From a virus (lineage: Duplodnaviria > Caudoviricetes): a stretch of 58,811 nucleotides of DNA. The stretch is taken from positions 1-58,811 of IMG/VR virus record IMGVR_UViG_3300030328_004676. One strand, 5' to 3'. The notes under the pieces are model-generated. The model was not told where the DNA came from, made no database searches, and saw only the letters and a program-made list of their open reading frames with translations. Of this stretch, positions 37,647-49,300 are shown piece by piece; position 1 is the first letter of the stretch; every line of letters starts with the position of its first letter. Made by a program: the position numbers and the translations under genes.

Positions 37647-38409
37647 GAAAAAGATCTACGGCCCAGATATCTACAAGCGTAACGAGCATGGATTGCTTGA
37701 AAATGTAGACTATGAATTTAACGAGGATGGTTCTGTCAACTGGAGAGCCATGATTAAGGAGGAGTTTCTCTATCCTAACAAGGATTGGTTTGCTTCTAGG
37801 AAGAAAGATATCCCTACTTCTGTTGAGGGTCTCTCCGATAAACAGCTTCTCATTATGCTTGGAGGTATCAAGGAGTTGGCTAAAATGAGGGGTTATTGCA
37901 GTGTTTCTTTTGATGTCACTAATTCTGCCGATGGTTATGTGACAGCAAAATGCACAATTTGTTGGATCAAAAACTATGAAACACAAGATTGTGTTAAATA
38001 TGAAGATGTAGCCAACGCCACTCTTGCAAATACAGACAATTTCTGCGCTAAATTCCTAGAAACGATAGCTTGTAATCGCGCTTTTGTCCGTTGTGTGCGT
38101 AATTATCTCAATATCCACATTGTGGGTGCAGATGAGATTGATAAGTCAAAAGGAGCTAATAATTCCAACACAGTTGAATATGATGCTTCTAGCGACTCTG
38201 CCATGCTCCCGTTAACGCCGTCAGGGACGCTTCAAAAGGCTTTGGACGAGGATAATGGAGTAAAGTCCTTTGATGACTTTAAGACGCTTCTGAGGGCATT
38301 GTGGAAGGAAGAAATCTACAGAAATGAAGAGGCGGCAAATTGGAAGTCTTACGACGATATTCCAGCCAAAGAATGCAGAAAGCTTATCGCAATCTGCAAA
38401 AAATCATAA
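37639..38409 (+). CDS. Putative Rad52/Sak-like ssDNA annealing protein
   Basis: GIKELAK..AKC..A.A..ETIACNRAFVRCVRNYLNI..GADE pattern. Confidence 0.45.
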   Translation: MSEKKIYGPDIYKRNEHGLLENVDYEFNEDGSVNWRAMIKEEFLYPNKDWFASRKKDIPTSVEGLSDKQLLIMLGGIKELAKMRGYCSVSFDVTNSADGYVTAKCTICWIKNYETQDCVKYEDVANATLANTDNFCAKFLETIACNRAFVRCVRNYLNIHIVGADEIDKSKGANNSNTVEYDASSDSAMLPLTPSGTLQKALDEDNGVKSFDDFKTLLRALWKEEIYRNEEAANWKSYDDIPAKECRKLIAICKKS

Positions 38410-40920
38410 TCCCATAAAGTTTTTCTGACTTGCGGATAGTTGAGTTGATATTGGGCTATCAGGACGAAGTGCATTATTAGCCCTATCAATAAGAACCGTC
38501 TGATCTGGTGGAACTAGCTTTATAGTTGATTCTTTAATTGAAGTAACGATTCCCCCACTAGTTACCGACACGCTTACCGCATTCATTGTCGGTTTAAAGG
38601 TAGGTAAATGTAATCCATATAAACTTCTAGATGAACTCATTTGTTCACCACTGTCCTCCACCATATTACCTCTTAATGACTTTAACATCTTCATGTCTAG
38701 TGTTGTTCCACTAGAAGCTCCATGAGTAATTTTATTCATTAAATTATAAGAAGGGCTTTCGACAGAAAAATATTTTAGATCATATCTATCGAAAAGATCC
38801 GCTAAAGCCTGATCTCCTTCTGAGCTACCAGACAAATTGTTATCTTCCTGCTCTTCATCGTCTTCTCCAATTGGATTTACCCTAGTCTTGCCTCTTAAGT
38901 ATGTGCATTTTATTTTTGATTGAAAATCAATCGCATTCTTAAAAAGAGTCCTCGACTGTATGAGAGCTTTTTGAAAGAACTTTGCAAAGCTATTTCTCAT
39001 AAAGAACTCTGGACCTCCCAAGAATTCCTTCCCTTTCAAGCCGTCTGCTTCAAACTCTGCAAGCTCAGTAACTAATTCCAAATCCTCAAAGTTAATAGGC
39101 TTATCTTGTTGAACTCTTTCTAATTGCTTGACTGGCCTCATTCCCAAAAAATAAAAATCATTACCTGTTTTAGCTTCCCCTTTGGTCAAATTCGCCAAAT
39201 CTTCTATAGTTGTTTTTTCTGGATCTATATTGATAGAGTTCATCAGATCAGAAAGATCTGAAAGCTCGTCAATCTCAGCGATTGTTTCAATTTTTTCGAA
39301 CGGCCCACTAATCGACAAATCAGCAGTGTTCTGGAAATCCATGCGCTCTGCTTTATATTTGCTGTAAGAGTTTGTGACATATATTCCTCCTGCTATAGCA
39401 AAGTAAGCTTTTAAAAACCTATCAAGAACAGTATCGGTAGGTCTTTTAGGTTTTATTCCTATTTCACCATTTGGAATATCTACTTGGTCTTCTTCATCTG
39501 GGTCTTCCTTCTCAAAAGGACTATCTAACCTTACGCTATTTAATCGGATATATGAAAAATCATCATCAAACCGATCAAGCTTTTTGTTATTGCCTAACAC
39601 TAAATTGGTTTTTCTATAACCCTCTTTTTTAGATTCTGCTGTTGCCTTTGGAAGCAAGTAACCCCTTGTTTTTGCATTACCTTCATAATCAACACCATCT
39701 CTTTTGTAAAAATCCCTCAACTGAAGACTGGTGAACCTATAAGGATACATGTTTGTTATATTTATATTCCTTTTTAATCCAAGTATTTTTTTAACCAGCC
39801 CTACTCTATTTAAATATAATAAGAAAAAAGTAAATGTATCTTTTATTTTGTTTTTTTCATTTTGTTGATAGAGGGCATAAAAACAACCAAGCTCCTCACC
39901 TGTCATTACTTTTCGAAAACTTGCATTTCTATCAAACATTACTCTCTTAAAAAAAACGGGTCTTGGTCTATCTTCTGTAGTAAAAGACTTTTCCTCCTCA
40001 TCTGGTTTTTTCTCAGCAGAACCAGTATAAGTATTAACCACTCGATTCTTTCTTAAACTTCTAGTAAAAGAAGAAGAGGTAATATTTTCATCTGTAGTAT
40101 TAGAAAAATCATCTAATTGTATTTGAGACGCAATAGAGGTATTTACGAAATTTAAAGATCCGTCTTCAGGATTAACATACCAGAAGAAACCTAATTTAGA
40201 AGCTATTGAAGTAGCTACGCTTGAAAGGTTTCCACTGTCAGTTAGCAATATATCCGAATCACTGGGCAAGCCGTTAACCTTAAGGCCAACCATCTCTAGC
40301 ATTATTCTGAAATCTTCTATAGTATAACCAAAGCTTAAATTATATTGAGATAAATCAGGGGAGCCTAGGTAGGACGGACCAGCAAAATCACTGTTTAAAG
40401 ATAATTTTTCTATTAGTTCTTTGTTCTGATATGTTAACCTTATCTTTACTCCGTCAAATCTTTGCGCTGATTCTACATTATATATCGAACCAGCATATAT
40501 AACATGGTCTATTTTTTTAGGCGGCTTTTTACTAAATGATTTTATAGGGCTTCCAGCCACTTCTGTAAAATAAGGCACTGGACCCTCAAAATTATCCCCG
40601 TCTTCAGGTGGCGCATTTTGCCCTCTAATCAAAACTAGATAAGACTCTAGTATTAAAGTGGTTTTATCAACATAACTTCTCGTCACAGTGTCTCTATTAG
40701 CGTCTGATGAATTAGTCATGCTAACACAGATAAAATTTTTCATTTTCTCCGCTATTTTTTCATTAGAGAATTCATTAAGCTCACCCAGACCACCAATAAC
40801 AGTCCCCAAACCTTCCGTCCCATCTATGCTTTTAGCATTAGCCACAGTCCCCACCGAAGCTGAGTGTCCACCAGCTTGGTTGCTAAAATTCATATCTAAT
40901 GTCTCTATGGTCTCTCTCAT
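38404..40920 (-). CDS. Virion structural protein (tail tip/hub candidate)
   Basis: 838 aa, last gene of the tail module; ASKLGFFWYVNPEDGSLNF resembles hub proteins. Confidence 0.5.
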   Translation of the reverse strand: MRETIETLDMNFSNQAGGHSASVGTVANAKSIDGTEGLGTVIGGLGELNEFSNEKIAEKMKNFICVSMTNSSDANRDTVTRSYVDKTTLILESYLVLIRGQNAPPEDGDNFEGPVPYFTEVAGSPIKSFSKKPPKKIDHVIYAGSIYNVESAQRFDGVKIRLTYQNKELIEKLSLNSDFAGPSYLGSPDLSQYNLSFGYTIEDFRIMLEMVGLKVNGLPSDSDILLTDSGNLSSVATSIASKLGFFWYVNPEDGSLNFVNTSIASQIQLDDFSNTTDENITSSSFTRSLRKNRVVNTYTGSAEKKPDEEEKSFTTEDRPRPVFFKRVMFDRNASFRKVMTGEELGCFYALYQQNEKNKIKDTFTFFLLYLNRVGLVKKILGLKRNINITNMYPYRFTSLQLRDFYKRDGVDYEGNAKTRGYLLPKATAESKKEGYRKTNLVLGNNKKLDRFDDDFSYIRLNSVRLDSPFEKEDPDEEDQVDIPNGEIGIKPKRPTDTVLDRFLKAYFAIAGGIYVTNSYSKYKAERMDFQNTADLSISGPFEKIETIAEIDELSDLSDLMNSINIDPEKTTIEDLANLTKGEAKTGNDFYFLGMRPVKQLERVQQDKPINFEDLELVTELAEFEADGLKGKEFLGGPEFFMRNSFAKFFQKALIQSRTLFKNAIDFQSKIKCTYLRGKTRVNPIGEDDEEQEDNNLSGSSEGDQALADLFDRYDLKYFSVESPSYNLMNKITHGASSGTTLDMKMLKSLRGNMVEDSGEQMSSSRSLYGLHLPTFKPTMNAVSVSVTSGGIVTSIKESTIKLVPPDQTVLIDRANNALRPDSPISTQLSASQKNFMGL

Positions 40921-41735
40921 AAATTTAATGAGTCTGTAGAAAAGTTTAAAATCTGATTTCCGCTTACTAAGGCGCTAGAATCTGCTTTAATCATACTTAC
41001 ACCAGAATAAAGCTCTAAATAGCTTTCGGGGAATTCTTGCGCCCCATTAATATAAAACTTTGTCCTTTTTTCAATAAATCCATCTCCAGTAACAATGTCT
41101 GGGCTTTCCCCTGTAACAGAAGCCGTTCGCGGCTCTTTCTTATAAGCTGTATATTTAAAATTATTCTTATTGGCACTAGTAACCACTCCACCTGCTATAT
41201 CAAATCTTGGCACATCTAAAGCAGTTGCTCCAACTCCGAGTCCAGAATAAACTTTTTGGCCATTTAAAAAATATTCAAAATCTGTAAAAATAAATGGAGT
41301 GTGCTTATTGGTTATGCTTGTTTTAAGAGATTGCCCTAAATCACCAGTAGCGGCAAAAATGCCACCTGTAGTTATATCGTATTTTACATTATAATTTGGC
41401 TCATGAGGGGTTGTTGAATCAAAATTTATTTTAGATTTCTCAAATTCGTCACTGATTCCATCAGCTAATTTCGTGAAAAAATCCCCCGTTGAAATTTGGT
41501 ATACCACTTCATTTAGCGCAGCCCCTGTCACTGGCTTCTCTTGCAGCAACATTTGACCATTGGCCGCAAGCTTTAAATTAATTTGCCCCGTGCTAAGACT
41601 TCTATCGTAATAGAAATCACCGCCCGCTTGAACGGCGGTTTTATTAATTGAAACAAAAACATTTGTTCCTAATTCATCAGAACGACAACCTGAGATGGTA
41701 GAATCTCCACTAGATATAACACTTTCGTAAATCAT
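40917..41735 (-). CDS. Putative virion structural protein
   Basis: Repeated (F/Y)(L/I)NG(Q/A) motif; S/T-G rich; tail module. Confidence 0.55.
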   Translation of the reverse strand: MIYESVISSGDSTISGCRSDELGTNVFVSINKTAVQAGGDFYYDRSLSTGQINLKLAANGQMLLQEKPVTGAALNEVVYQISTGDFFTKLADGISDEFEKSKINFDSTTPHEPNYNVKYDITTGGIFAATGDLGQSLKTSITNKHTPFIFTDFEYFLNGQKVYSGLGVGATALDVPRFDIAGGVVTSANKNNFKYTAYKKEPRTASVTGESPDIVTGDGFIEKRTKFYINGAQEFPESYLELYSGVSMIKADSSALVSGNQILNFSTDSLNL

Positions 41736-43165
41736 AATCTTTCCCCCAAGTAATAAATAAAATTCTTTTTAAATAAGTCTGCGGAACCCAACATAGAGAT
41801 GCCAGATTCGATTCTAGCTTCTCTCTCTACAGTGGTTTCATATTGAGGCACTTGACTTACGCCACTTATCCCAGACGTAACACCTGTTAAAAATCTAGAA
41901 CCAAAAAGAGTTACACCAATCGTAGCCGCACCCGATATCCCCCTTTGTTCAATATATTCATTCACAGCCCCTTCTACATTTTGCAATCCTAATGTATCAA
42001 AAGCATTCTCTCCTGTTGGCAAATATTGATATCCAGAACCCGAATGCAAATACCCAACCTCTTCTTTTACAAATGTTTTAACTCCACTCGCAGACAAGGC
42101 ATCATCAAAAGATCTGTAGATAAAATACCTATCTCCCTCTCCAGTATTAACACTGCTGGCACCAAAGAAATTACCAGTAAACATATTTCTACCTGTAGCT
42201 AAAGATATACTTCCAGTGTTTGTATAATCATAACCAGTTATTCCAGTTTTATAAGTTGTCTCTTGTTGATAACCAGTAATTCTTTGACCCAAAACTCTTG
42301 GAATTTCAGTAGCAGAATATTCTCCAACAAGCCCACTCGCCACAGAAAACAAAGAACTAGGAGATGTCTCTCCAGATAAAAGAGCAAAAGAGTTTATATA
42401 GATACTAGAGGTAGGAGTGCTCGTCTTGTATGATCCGTCTTGTGTAGAGTTTGGGTTTTCATACCAATTTTTAGAGCCTCCTATAAAAAAGCTATCACTA
42501 TCTGCCATTTTAGGAAAATTATCTCTAGTTAAATATTCTGAAGAATATTCTCCATTCAGCATATCAAACCTATGCAACCCAATGTTTGCTTCGCCATGAG
42601 TAAAGGCTATGATGTTTCTCCTAGAAAGCTCTGTTGATTTAAACGAGTGTATAAAATCCCCGTTTGAATCAAAGCTTTGATAAAATAATTGACCTCTTTT
42701 TGTAACGCCGAAGTTAAAGCCTTTTGACCCAGTGTATGTAACGCCGTTTATAGTTGTAGATGTTTTTTCCAGAGATCCAAACAACACAGCATCATTAAGC
42801 TGCCCAGTAAATTCCATGTCAAAAACAGCAGAGAGACTACTATAATTAATTGCTGCCGATCCAGCAGTATTAACCTCTATATTGGAATCGTCCAATCGAG
42901 CTATAGACCCACTTAAAAAATCTCCTGTGACTCTCTGAATAGCTCCTCCAATAGAGGCGCTTTGAGAATCTAAAACTTTACCACTCCAAAGACCAGTATT
43001 GTTTGCTGGTGTCCCATTTGGAACATAGCCCCAATAATAAGAACCATCTTGCGCCGCCGCTGTGCCACTTGTAACAGCGCCAGCATTAAAATCATAGTGA
43101 ATTAGAAGCCTCTTATTGCTCCCATAAGTATCATCTAAACTAAAACTTAAAGCATCAGAACTCAT
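41732..43165 (-). CDS. Putative tail protein with LamG/ConA-like N-terminal domain
   Basis: LLIHYDF..FFIGG pattern; S/T-G rich. Confidence 0.55.
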   Translation of the reverse strand: MSSDALSFSLDDTYGSNKRLLIHYDFNAGAVTSGTAAAQDGSYYWGYVPNGTPANNTGLWSGKVLDSQSASIGGAIQRVTGDFLSGSIARLDDSNIEVNTAGSAAINYSSLSAVFDMEFTGQLNDAVLFGSLEKTSTTINGVTYTGSKGFNFGVTKRGQLFYQSFDSNGDFIHSFKSTELSRRNIIAFTHGEANIGLHRFDMLNGEYSSEYLTRDNFPKMADSDSFFIGGSKNWYENPNSTQDGSYKTSTPTSSIYINSFALLSGETSPSSLFSVASGLVGEYSATEIPRVLGQRITGYQQETTYKTGITGYDYTNTGSISLATGRNMFTGNFFGASSVNTGEGDRYFIYRSFDDALSASGVKTFVKEEVGYLHSGSGYQYLPTGENAFDTLGLQNVEGAVNEYIEQRGISGAATIGVTLFGSRFLTGVTSGISGVSQVPQYETTVEREARIESGISMLGSADLFKKNFIYYLGERL

Positions 43166-43167
43166 TA

Positions 43168-44796
43168 TTAATAATATCTTTTTGTGTTAAAAGTAATAGT
43201 ATCATCATTTATGCTGCTGCTCTCTTCAAAAGTATAGAAGCCCGTCATATTGCCACTGACCACATTCCTTAGCTGCTGTAAATCACCAGAATCAGACTCG
43301 CAGTTTGCAGACACACCATATTCTCCCGCAGTTCTATTCATTAATAATTGCTTACTAAATCCAGCCAAGCTTGGGACTATTCCGCTGACTTGCAATGGTT
43401 TTTTGTCAGTAATATCAATAGTTAAACCAGAAAGAGTTCCAGACGAAAGATCTATCCTGTTATCAAATGATAAAGAATAATTTATAGTAGAATTTTCTGG
43501 AGTTTTAGTTATACTTTTAGTCAAAGGAACTTCATTTAAATAGTCTCCACTAATGTGATAACCCGTTGCGTCCATCCTGAAATCTTGAAGAGCCTCAACC
43601 GCTAAATTTAAAAATCCAGAATTTTGCTCTATACCACTGTAAAAAGCATCAACCTCTTTAAATCTTTCGCCCGTAGCTGGATCTCCAGTTCCTATAATTT
43701 TACCCATGCCATTATATACAATCTCTCCATTGATTGATACATCAATGGTGGACTTGTCTTTAGAGGCAGCGATACTTGCTCTTTTCTTGTGCAAAATATC
43801 TCCCTCTTGATCTAGATTGCTTGGATCAGAATATCCATATGAAAAGGAAACCATATTGGTCCCAGTATCTATATTATAGCTTGCTGTTCTCGGCCCCTTA
43901 TCAATAAAAGTATAAGCGCCGCTTTCATAATTTGATACAGAAGAAGCTACGGCATTTAAAGCCATCTCAGTAGCTTGTCCCGAAGTAAAAAGACCCGTTG
44001 TAACCAATCCTTCTACATTATTTTTATTGGCATCAAAAGAGCCTTGAATCTTTCCGTTTACAGTAACTTTTAATCCAGCATCTTTGTCAAAACCAACTTG
44101 GACATCAGAAGTAAACACTCCGAAGTCAGTTAAGGAGCCTTCTTCATAGGTGTTGTATTTGTAATTTTCTGTTATCTTGTAAGTATTATTAGCCCTGTTG
44201 ATATCTTCTGTTCTTGAGGTGAGAAATGCCTTTTTAACAAAATCTCCACTTGAAACACCTGTTTGGAATACACTAATATTTCTACAGCCAGTCACTCTCC
44301 CAGTTACGAAATCAATTGCGTTTTGAAGAGGGCTAGATGACCCTACTTTGACCCCTTTAGCTGATACCGTGTGAGATACATCTGTGATTTTTCTATCTGC
44401 CTGATTATAAGACCAAGTATCAACAGGATCAGTAATCCCAACAAACTCAGAAAAAGACCCTGACTCATAACAAGTGAAAGAAGCCGAGTAAGGTAAAACT
44501 GTAGTTAAGTCTGAATCACCAAAAGAAATACCATTAGGTTTTGCAAAATTATAGCCAGTCGTTCCTCCTCCGTGAGTAATTGTTAGATTTTGAAATTCCG
44601 ACATCAACCCACTAACCATTTGCATCTTTTGCAAATGTAGACCACTCAAATTTGAACCAGTTAAATTACCAACTAACTCTACGGACTCAATAATATGATC
44701 AACCTTGCCACCAACATACACAGGATCTACCCCATAACCGACAAAAGGAGTAGGAGATGGGAAAGTATAAGAGCCATATGTAATATTTTCTGACAT
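43168..44796 (-). CDS. Putative tail tip/baseplate structural protein
   Basis: Beta-rich, downstream of the tape measure gene. Confidence 0.55.
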   Translation of the reverse strand: MSENITYGSYTFPSPTPFVGYGVDPVYVGGKVDHIIESVELVGNLTGSNLSGLHLQKMQMVSGLMSEFQNLTITHGGGTTGYNFAKPNGISFGDSDLTTVLPYSASFTCYESGSFSEFVGITDPVDTWSYNQADRKITDVSHTVSAKGVKVGSSSPLQNAIDFVTGRVTGCRNISVFQTGVSSGDFVKKAFLTSRTEDINRANNTYKITENYKYNTYEEGSLTDFGVFTSDVQVGFDKDAGLKVTVNGKIQGSFDANKNNVEGLVTTGLFTSGQATEMALNAVASSVSNYESGAYTFIDKGPRTASYNIDTGTNMVSFSYGYSDPSNLDQEGDILHKKRASIAASKDKSTIDVSINGEIVYNGMGKIIGTGDPATGERFKEVDAFYSGIEQNSGFLNLAVEALQDFRMDATGYHISGDYLNEVPLTKSITKTPENSTINYSLSFDNRIDLSSGTLSGLTIDITDKKPLQVSGIVPSLAGFSKQLLMNRTAGEYGVSANCESDSGDLQQLRNVVSGNMTGFYTFEESSSINDDTITFNTKRYY

Positions 44797-46338
44797 TTAT
44801 AAAAATAAAAATTGCATTGTCCTACGGGCTTGTCCTCTACCAAGAGAAATGTTAATGGTGTCATTAACCATGTGGACCACATCCTCGTTAACAAAATCTT
44901 CAAATTCTGCTGTCTTTGATTCTAAAATTCTTTTCGCTTCATATAACCCCATACTTTGACTAACGGTTGCTTCTGCATTTACTGACGCTTGTCCGACTGT
45001 ATTTAAAGATCTAAAAGTAATTTGTTCTTCTAGATTTGATAAATCTAAAAATTTCCCAACCCTGTTTATTTGATGGGTTTTGGAAAGAGTTTTTTTCAAT
45101 TTTAAAAGACCATCGTCTGTTGTATTATATGCTGGATCTGTGGTAAATACCACATTCTCATTCACTTTCCCGTCTGCCTTATCAAAATTAGTGCTTCTAC
45201 TTTTTTCAAAAAAATCAGAAACTGGGTGAAACAATCTTTTAATTTTCTCTGGGTAAACAGACTGCTCTCTTAGCCAAGAATTTTTACAGTTTTGGAATTT
45301 TTCAAAATTTGTTTTACCTTTAGATGTATAAGAGATGGTCAATACATACTCTTTAAATTTCTTAACTTTATTCTCTACCCCAGAATAAGAAACCGCATCA
45401 TCCTGCGACTTCTTGGGGTCTGTGGTAAATGATAAGTTGAGGGTGCCTTCGTCGCCGTGTTTGTTTATTGTCTTCGATATAGAGAAAGGAGTGCCAAACT
45501 CTGCCTCATTATCAGTCTTGGCTTGGTCTATGATTTGAGCCATTGCTTTGCTCAAAACATTCTGAGAATCTTCTCTTAAGGATTTTAGATTAAAATCTAT
45601 TCTCTTTGTTTTATATCCTCTCTCATCAATGTTTATTGATTGAGTTTCTTGTTTGCTGACATTATTAGGCTCATCAATAAATGAAGAATCTACTTTTTCT
45701 GACAAAGAGACGCTTAAACCTAATATATCGTAAGTCTCACTAATTAAGCCTTTGAAATTCTTATCTATTTTTGCGTTTTCTGATATACCATCTTCTTGAT
45801 ATCCAAGACTTGGCCTATTAGCGAAATAATAATTAGTTAAAAATGTTCTAGCATTGTCGAGAAACTGATCTCCCGCCATCTGCTTGTAAGATATAGAAAT
45901 ATCTCTATTTGATGAGTAGGTCGCACCATTTCTGTTGAAAGTATAACTTTCGGAAAAGCTAGCTAGCGCATGAGGATTGGGGATATATTTTGCGAACTGA
46001 GAAGAGCTATAATCATCTAATCTTCTTGACTCTTCTATTGTTATAGAAACAGTCTCTTTGCCAACCAATGTGTTAGCATCAAAATTATAACTTGTTATTC
46101 TACCATTAATATAATCATCAGCACCTATTCTTGCTGTTATATTTGGGCGGGCGTAAGCGTCTGTTATGGCTGTTCTTCCAGCTATTAAAGTAGTATCGTC
46201 TAGCTGAATATTTATATCAGAAACATCTATTGTATAATTTCCTTTTACTGTATATGCGAAAAGTTCTACAGTATCTTGATAATCGTAAGTTACCTCTAAC
46301 GATGAAGATAGGACATTATTTACTATTAGAGATGCCAT
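44797..46338 (-). CDS. Putative distal tail/baseplate protein
   Basis: Immediately downstream of the tape measure gene. Confidence 0.55.
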   Translation of the reverse strand: MASLIVNNVLSSSLEVTYDYQDTVELFAYTVKGNYTIDVSDINIQLDDTTLIAGRTAITDAYARPNITARIGADDYINGRITSYNFDANTLVGKETVSITIEESRRLDDYSSSQFAKYIPNPHALASFSESYTFNRNGATYSSNRDISISYKQMAGDQFLDNARTFLTNYYFANRPSLGYQEDGISENAKIDKNFKGLISETYDILGLSVSLSEKVDSSFIDEPNNVSKQETQSINIDERGYKTKRIDFNLKSLREDSQNVLSKAMAQIIDQAKTDNEAEFGTPFSISKTINKHGDEGTLNLSFTTDPKKSQDDAVSYSGVENKVKKFKEYVLTISYTSKGKTNFEKFQNCKNSWLREQSVYPEKIKRLFHPVSDFFEKSRSTNFDKADGKVNENVVFTTDPAYNTTDDGLLKLKKTLSKTHQINRVGKFLDLSNLEEQITFRSLNTVGQASVNAEATVSQSMGLYEAKRILESKTAEFEDFVNEDVVHMVNDTINISLGRGQARRTMQFLFL

Positions 46339-46341
46339 GCC

Positions 46342-49300
46342 TTATAAATTCTTTTTCATTTGGCCAAGCTGTGATTCAACATCAGCCAGTCTCTTATTTA
46401 GATTTTCTTGTATTTTTGTCGCACTTTTAACAATTTCATTATTGTTCTCTACGACTTTGGTAACCTCTTTTGCGGCATCTACCTGAGCATCAATATAATT
46501 TGTTACCCCATCAAAACTTCCTGCTGCTGCTTCCATTGCAGCTTTTAAATCTTTCATTTCTTTTGCGACTGATGCTGTGTCAGTATTATTCTCTAGTTCT
46601 CCAAATGCTTTTTCAGCCCCCTTAATTCTAACCCTTACCGCTTCCAATTCTGCATCAACATCCTGTAGGTCTTTGGTTTTTAGAACGCCAGTTTCCTCTT
46701 GAAGATTCTTTATTTGATCGTCAGAGAAACCAGCATCTTTCATCTTGTTTGCCCCCGCTAACTTAAAACTGTTTATAGCTTCGACAAGCTCAGGACTACC
46801 TAAACCTTTAATAACCTGAGTTACTGAGCCTAAGTCTTGAGGATTGAAATTTTCTAATAACCTTGCCTTATCTGTTTCTGTTGCTTTTGGATCTAAGAAA
46901 GTTTTCTGCAACTCATCCATTTGAGCTTTTAAGAAAGTAGGATCAACTTTGTTGAATCCAGTTCCTTGGAACTTTCCTCCAAAGTCTATTTTATTTTGAT
47001 CCTCTTCGGCTTTTATATCTTTCCTTTTCTTTATTATTCCTTCTTCTTGTTTTTTGAGACTGCTAATTAAGTTTTGAAGTCTTGCAGCAGACTCTCCGAC
47101 TTTAGCTTTGAAATCAATACCAGCCTTTTCAACTGCCGCTTGAAATGGAGCCAACCTTGCTTGGAAGTTTGGGTCACTCTCTTTACCTTGGTTCGCTCTT
47201 AAGAATGCATCTAGTTTGTTCTGCGCGTCATTTCTCACATTCCTAGCATCATTGATGCCCGACATATCTGAGCCAAACTGATTTGCGTCTTGAACAGCCT
47301 CTCCAAATCGACCTTGCAGACTACCTCCCATAGCGAGCCTTGCCGCCATGTTATTCCTGTGCTCCGCTAGAGCTACTTCTGTTTCTAATAAAGCTTTATT
47401 TAATTTTTCCTGATTTGCATTTGATTGCTTAACTAAAGAGTTTCTTTTTGAGGTTAATTCATCATATAGGGCATCGTTTGCGTCTCTGTCTGCTTGGTTA
47501 TCATGAGTGGACTGAGTTAGCTTCATTGACGCTTTTGTCAAATCAGCCCTCGCCTTGACCAGCTTGGCATGTGCAGCATCAGATTCTTCTTCGTTGGTTC
47601 CGTCAGCATCCAAGTGTCCTTGAATAGCGTCCGCATAAGCTTGTCTTGCTTTAGTATAGTCTTCTACAGCCGCCATTGCCGCTTTCTCTCCCGCTTCTCC
47701 TCCACCTGCTTGGTCGGAAATTAGTTGAGCACCAGCTTGAACTTTTGCTCCAAAAGTCTCTTGATCAAACCCTATTGTTCCTGTGGTATTGACATCTTTC
47801 TCAATCAACCTCAACAGATTCTGTTGTCGTCGATCTTCAGGGGATATTCCTTTGTCCTCATCTGGCCCCAAAGCTGCTTCAGTTGCTTTTTCTCCTAACA
47901 TACCGCCAATAAGTGCTCCCGCCGTCCCCGCCAAAAGACCGACAACCGCACCAGCTATTGTCCCAGCCACAGGGACAACGCTACCTATAGCAGCACCAGC
48001 AGCCATACCTCCACCTATTGCCCCCAGCGTTTTACCTGTCGCTACCTTTTTTTCGTGTTTTGTTAATTCGTCTCCAAATAATTTAGGCAAAAGTTCTATA
48101 GCTCCAATAGCAACACCAATTGTTCCTGCACCCCTAACAGCAGACGAAGCCCCTTTACCCAGTCTTTGGGATTGTGCAAAATTTCTAGTCGGGGCGTTTC
48201 GCGCTACAAATCCTCCTATTCCTTTCTTTGAGCTTCCTCCAAAAAAGCCTCCGACACCTTGGCCTACTTTACTGCCACCAATCCCCTTCATTAACTTTCC
48301 TCCACCAACCTTTTTCAAAAGAGGAGCAGCTATACTTCCTATCATCAATCCAGTTAAAGCATTATCAAATGTTAACATGCTTCCCAATCCCCCACCACCA
48401 CCTGAGTCTCTCCTCTTCCTCGCAGAAATATCTGCTTCTATTTCAGCAATAAGCTCCATCCTTGCTCCAATTTCCTCCTTGGCTGCATGGGCATTTGCAA
48501 TTCTTTCCTCCCTTTCTACGTCAAGAGAATTAGTGTTTTGTTCTACCGCAGCACTACCTGTCCCCAAAACGCTAGACAATAAAAACAAATTAGTTACAAG
48601 ACCACCCATCCCGCTTTCCGCTTTTTGGACATCTCCTCCACCGCTAGAAGATTTTTTCTTTTTTCCTTTCCCTAAACCTCCGAAAATTTTCCTGATACCA
48701 CCAAATCTATAGTTGGGAACAAATCCTCCTGCACCCATTGGTATACCTGCTCTTTCTCTATCTACTGCATCTCTAAGTCCCCTTGGCTCATCTTCTAAAT
48801 TTGTTACAGCTAATGGCTCTCCAGTCATCGTGTCTCTGTGAACACGAATCTTTGAGTCAGGCATTCTGCTGCCCATAGCATAGTTAGGAATAATACCTCC
48901 TTTAGCCTTTTTAATTCCTTTAAATGCTAATTCTTTTTTAGGTATGCTCCGCATAACCTGTTCTGAGAACCTGCTCTTACCAGCAGCACTGTTTTTGAAA
49001 TCACCCCAAGAAAAACCTCTTCCAGTTAAACCAAATATTTTTTCAATAACTTGATTACCTGCGATTTTAACATCTAAAGTGTTGTTACCCGTTCCAGCTT
49101 TAACCCCGCCTTGAACAGCATTAACAATAGCCTCAAAAACCGCTCCCCTAAGAGCGCCAAATGCCCCTGCTCCACCTTCAGCCAAAACCCTTTTCTTGAT
49201 ATCTTGGACACCATAACGCTTAGGCTTCATTTTTAATTTACCACCCATTTTCTTAGTGGTAATATCCATTGCGTTGTTGACACCTCTAGCCATAGAAGCA

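Noticed and set aside
47783-48712. 309-aa + strand ORF
   Set aside because: Antisense shadow of the Gly/Ala-rich tape measure region; Pro-rich low-complexity translation
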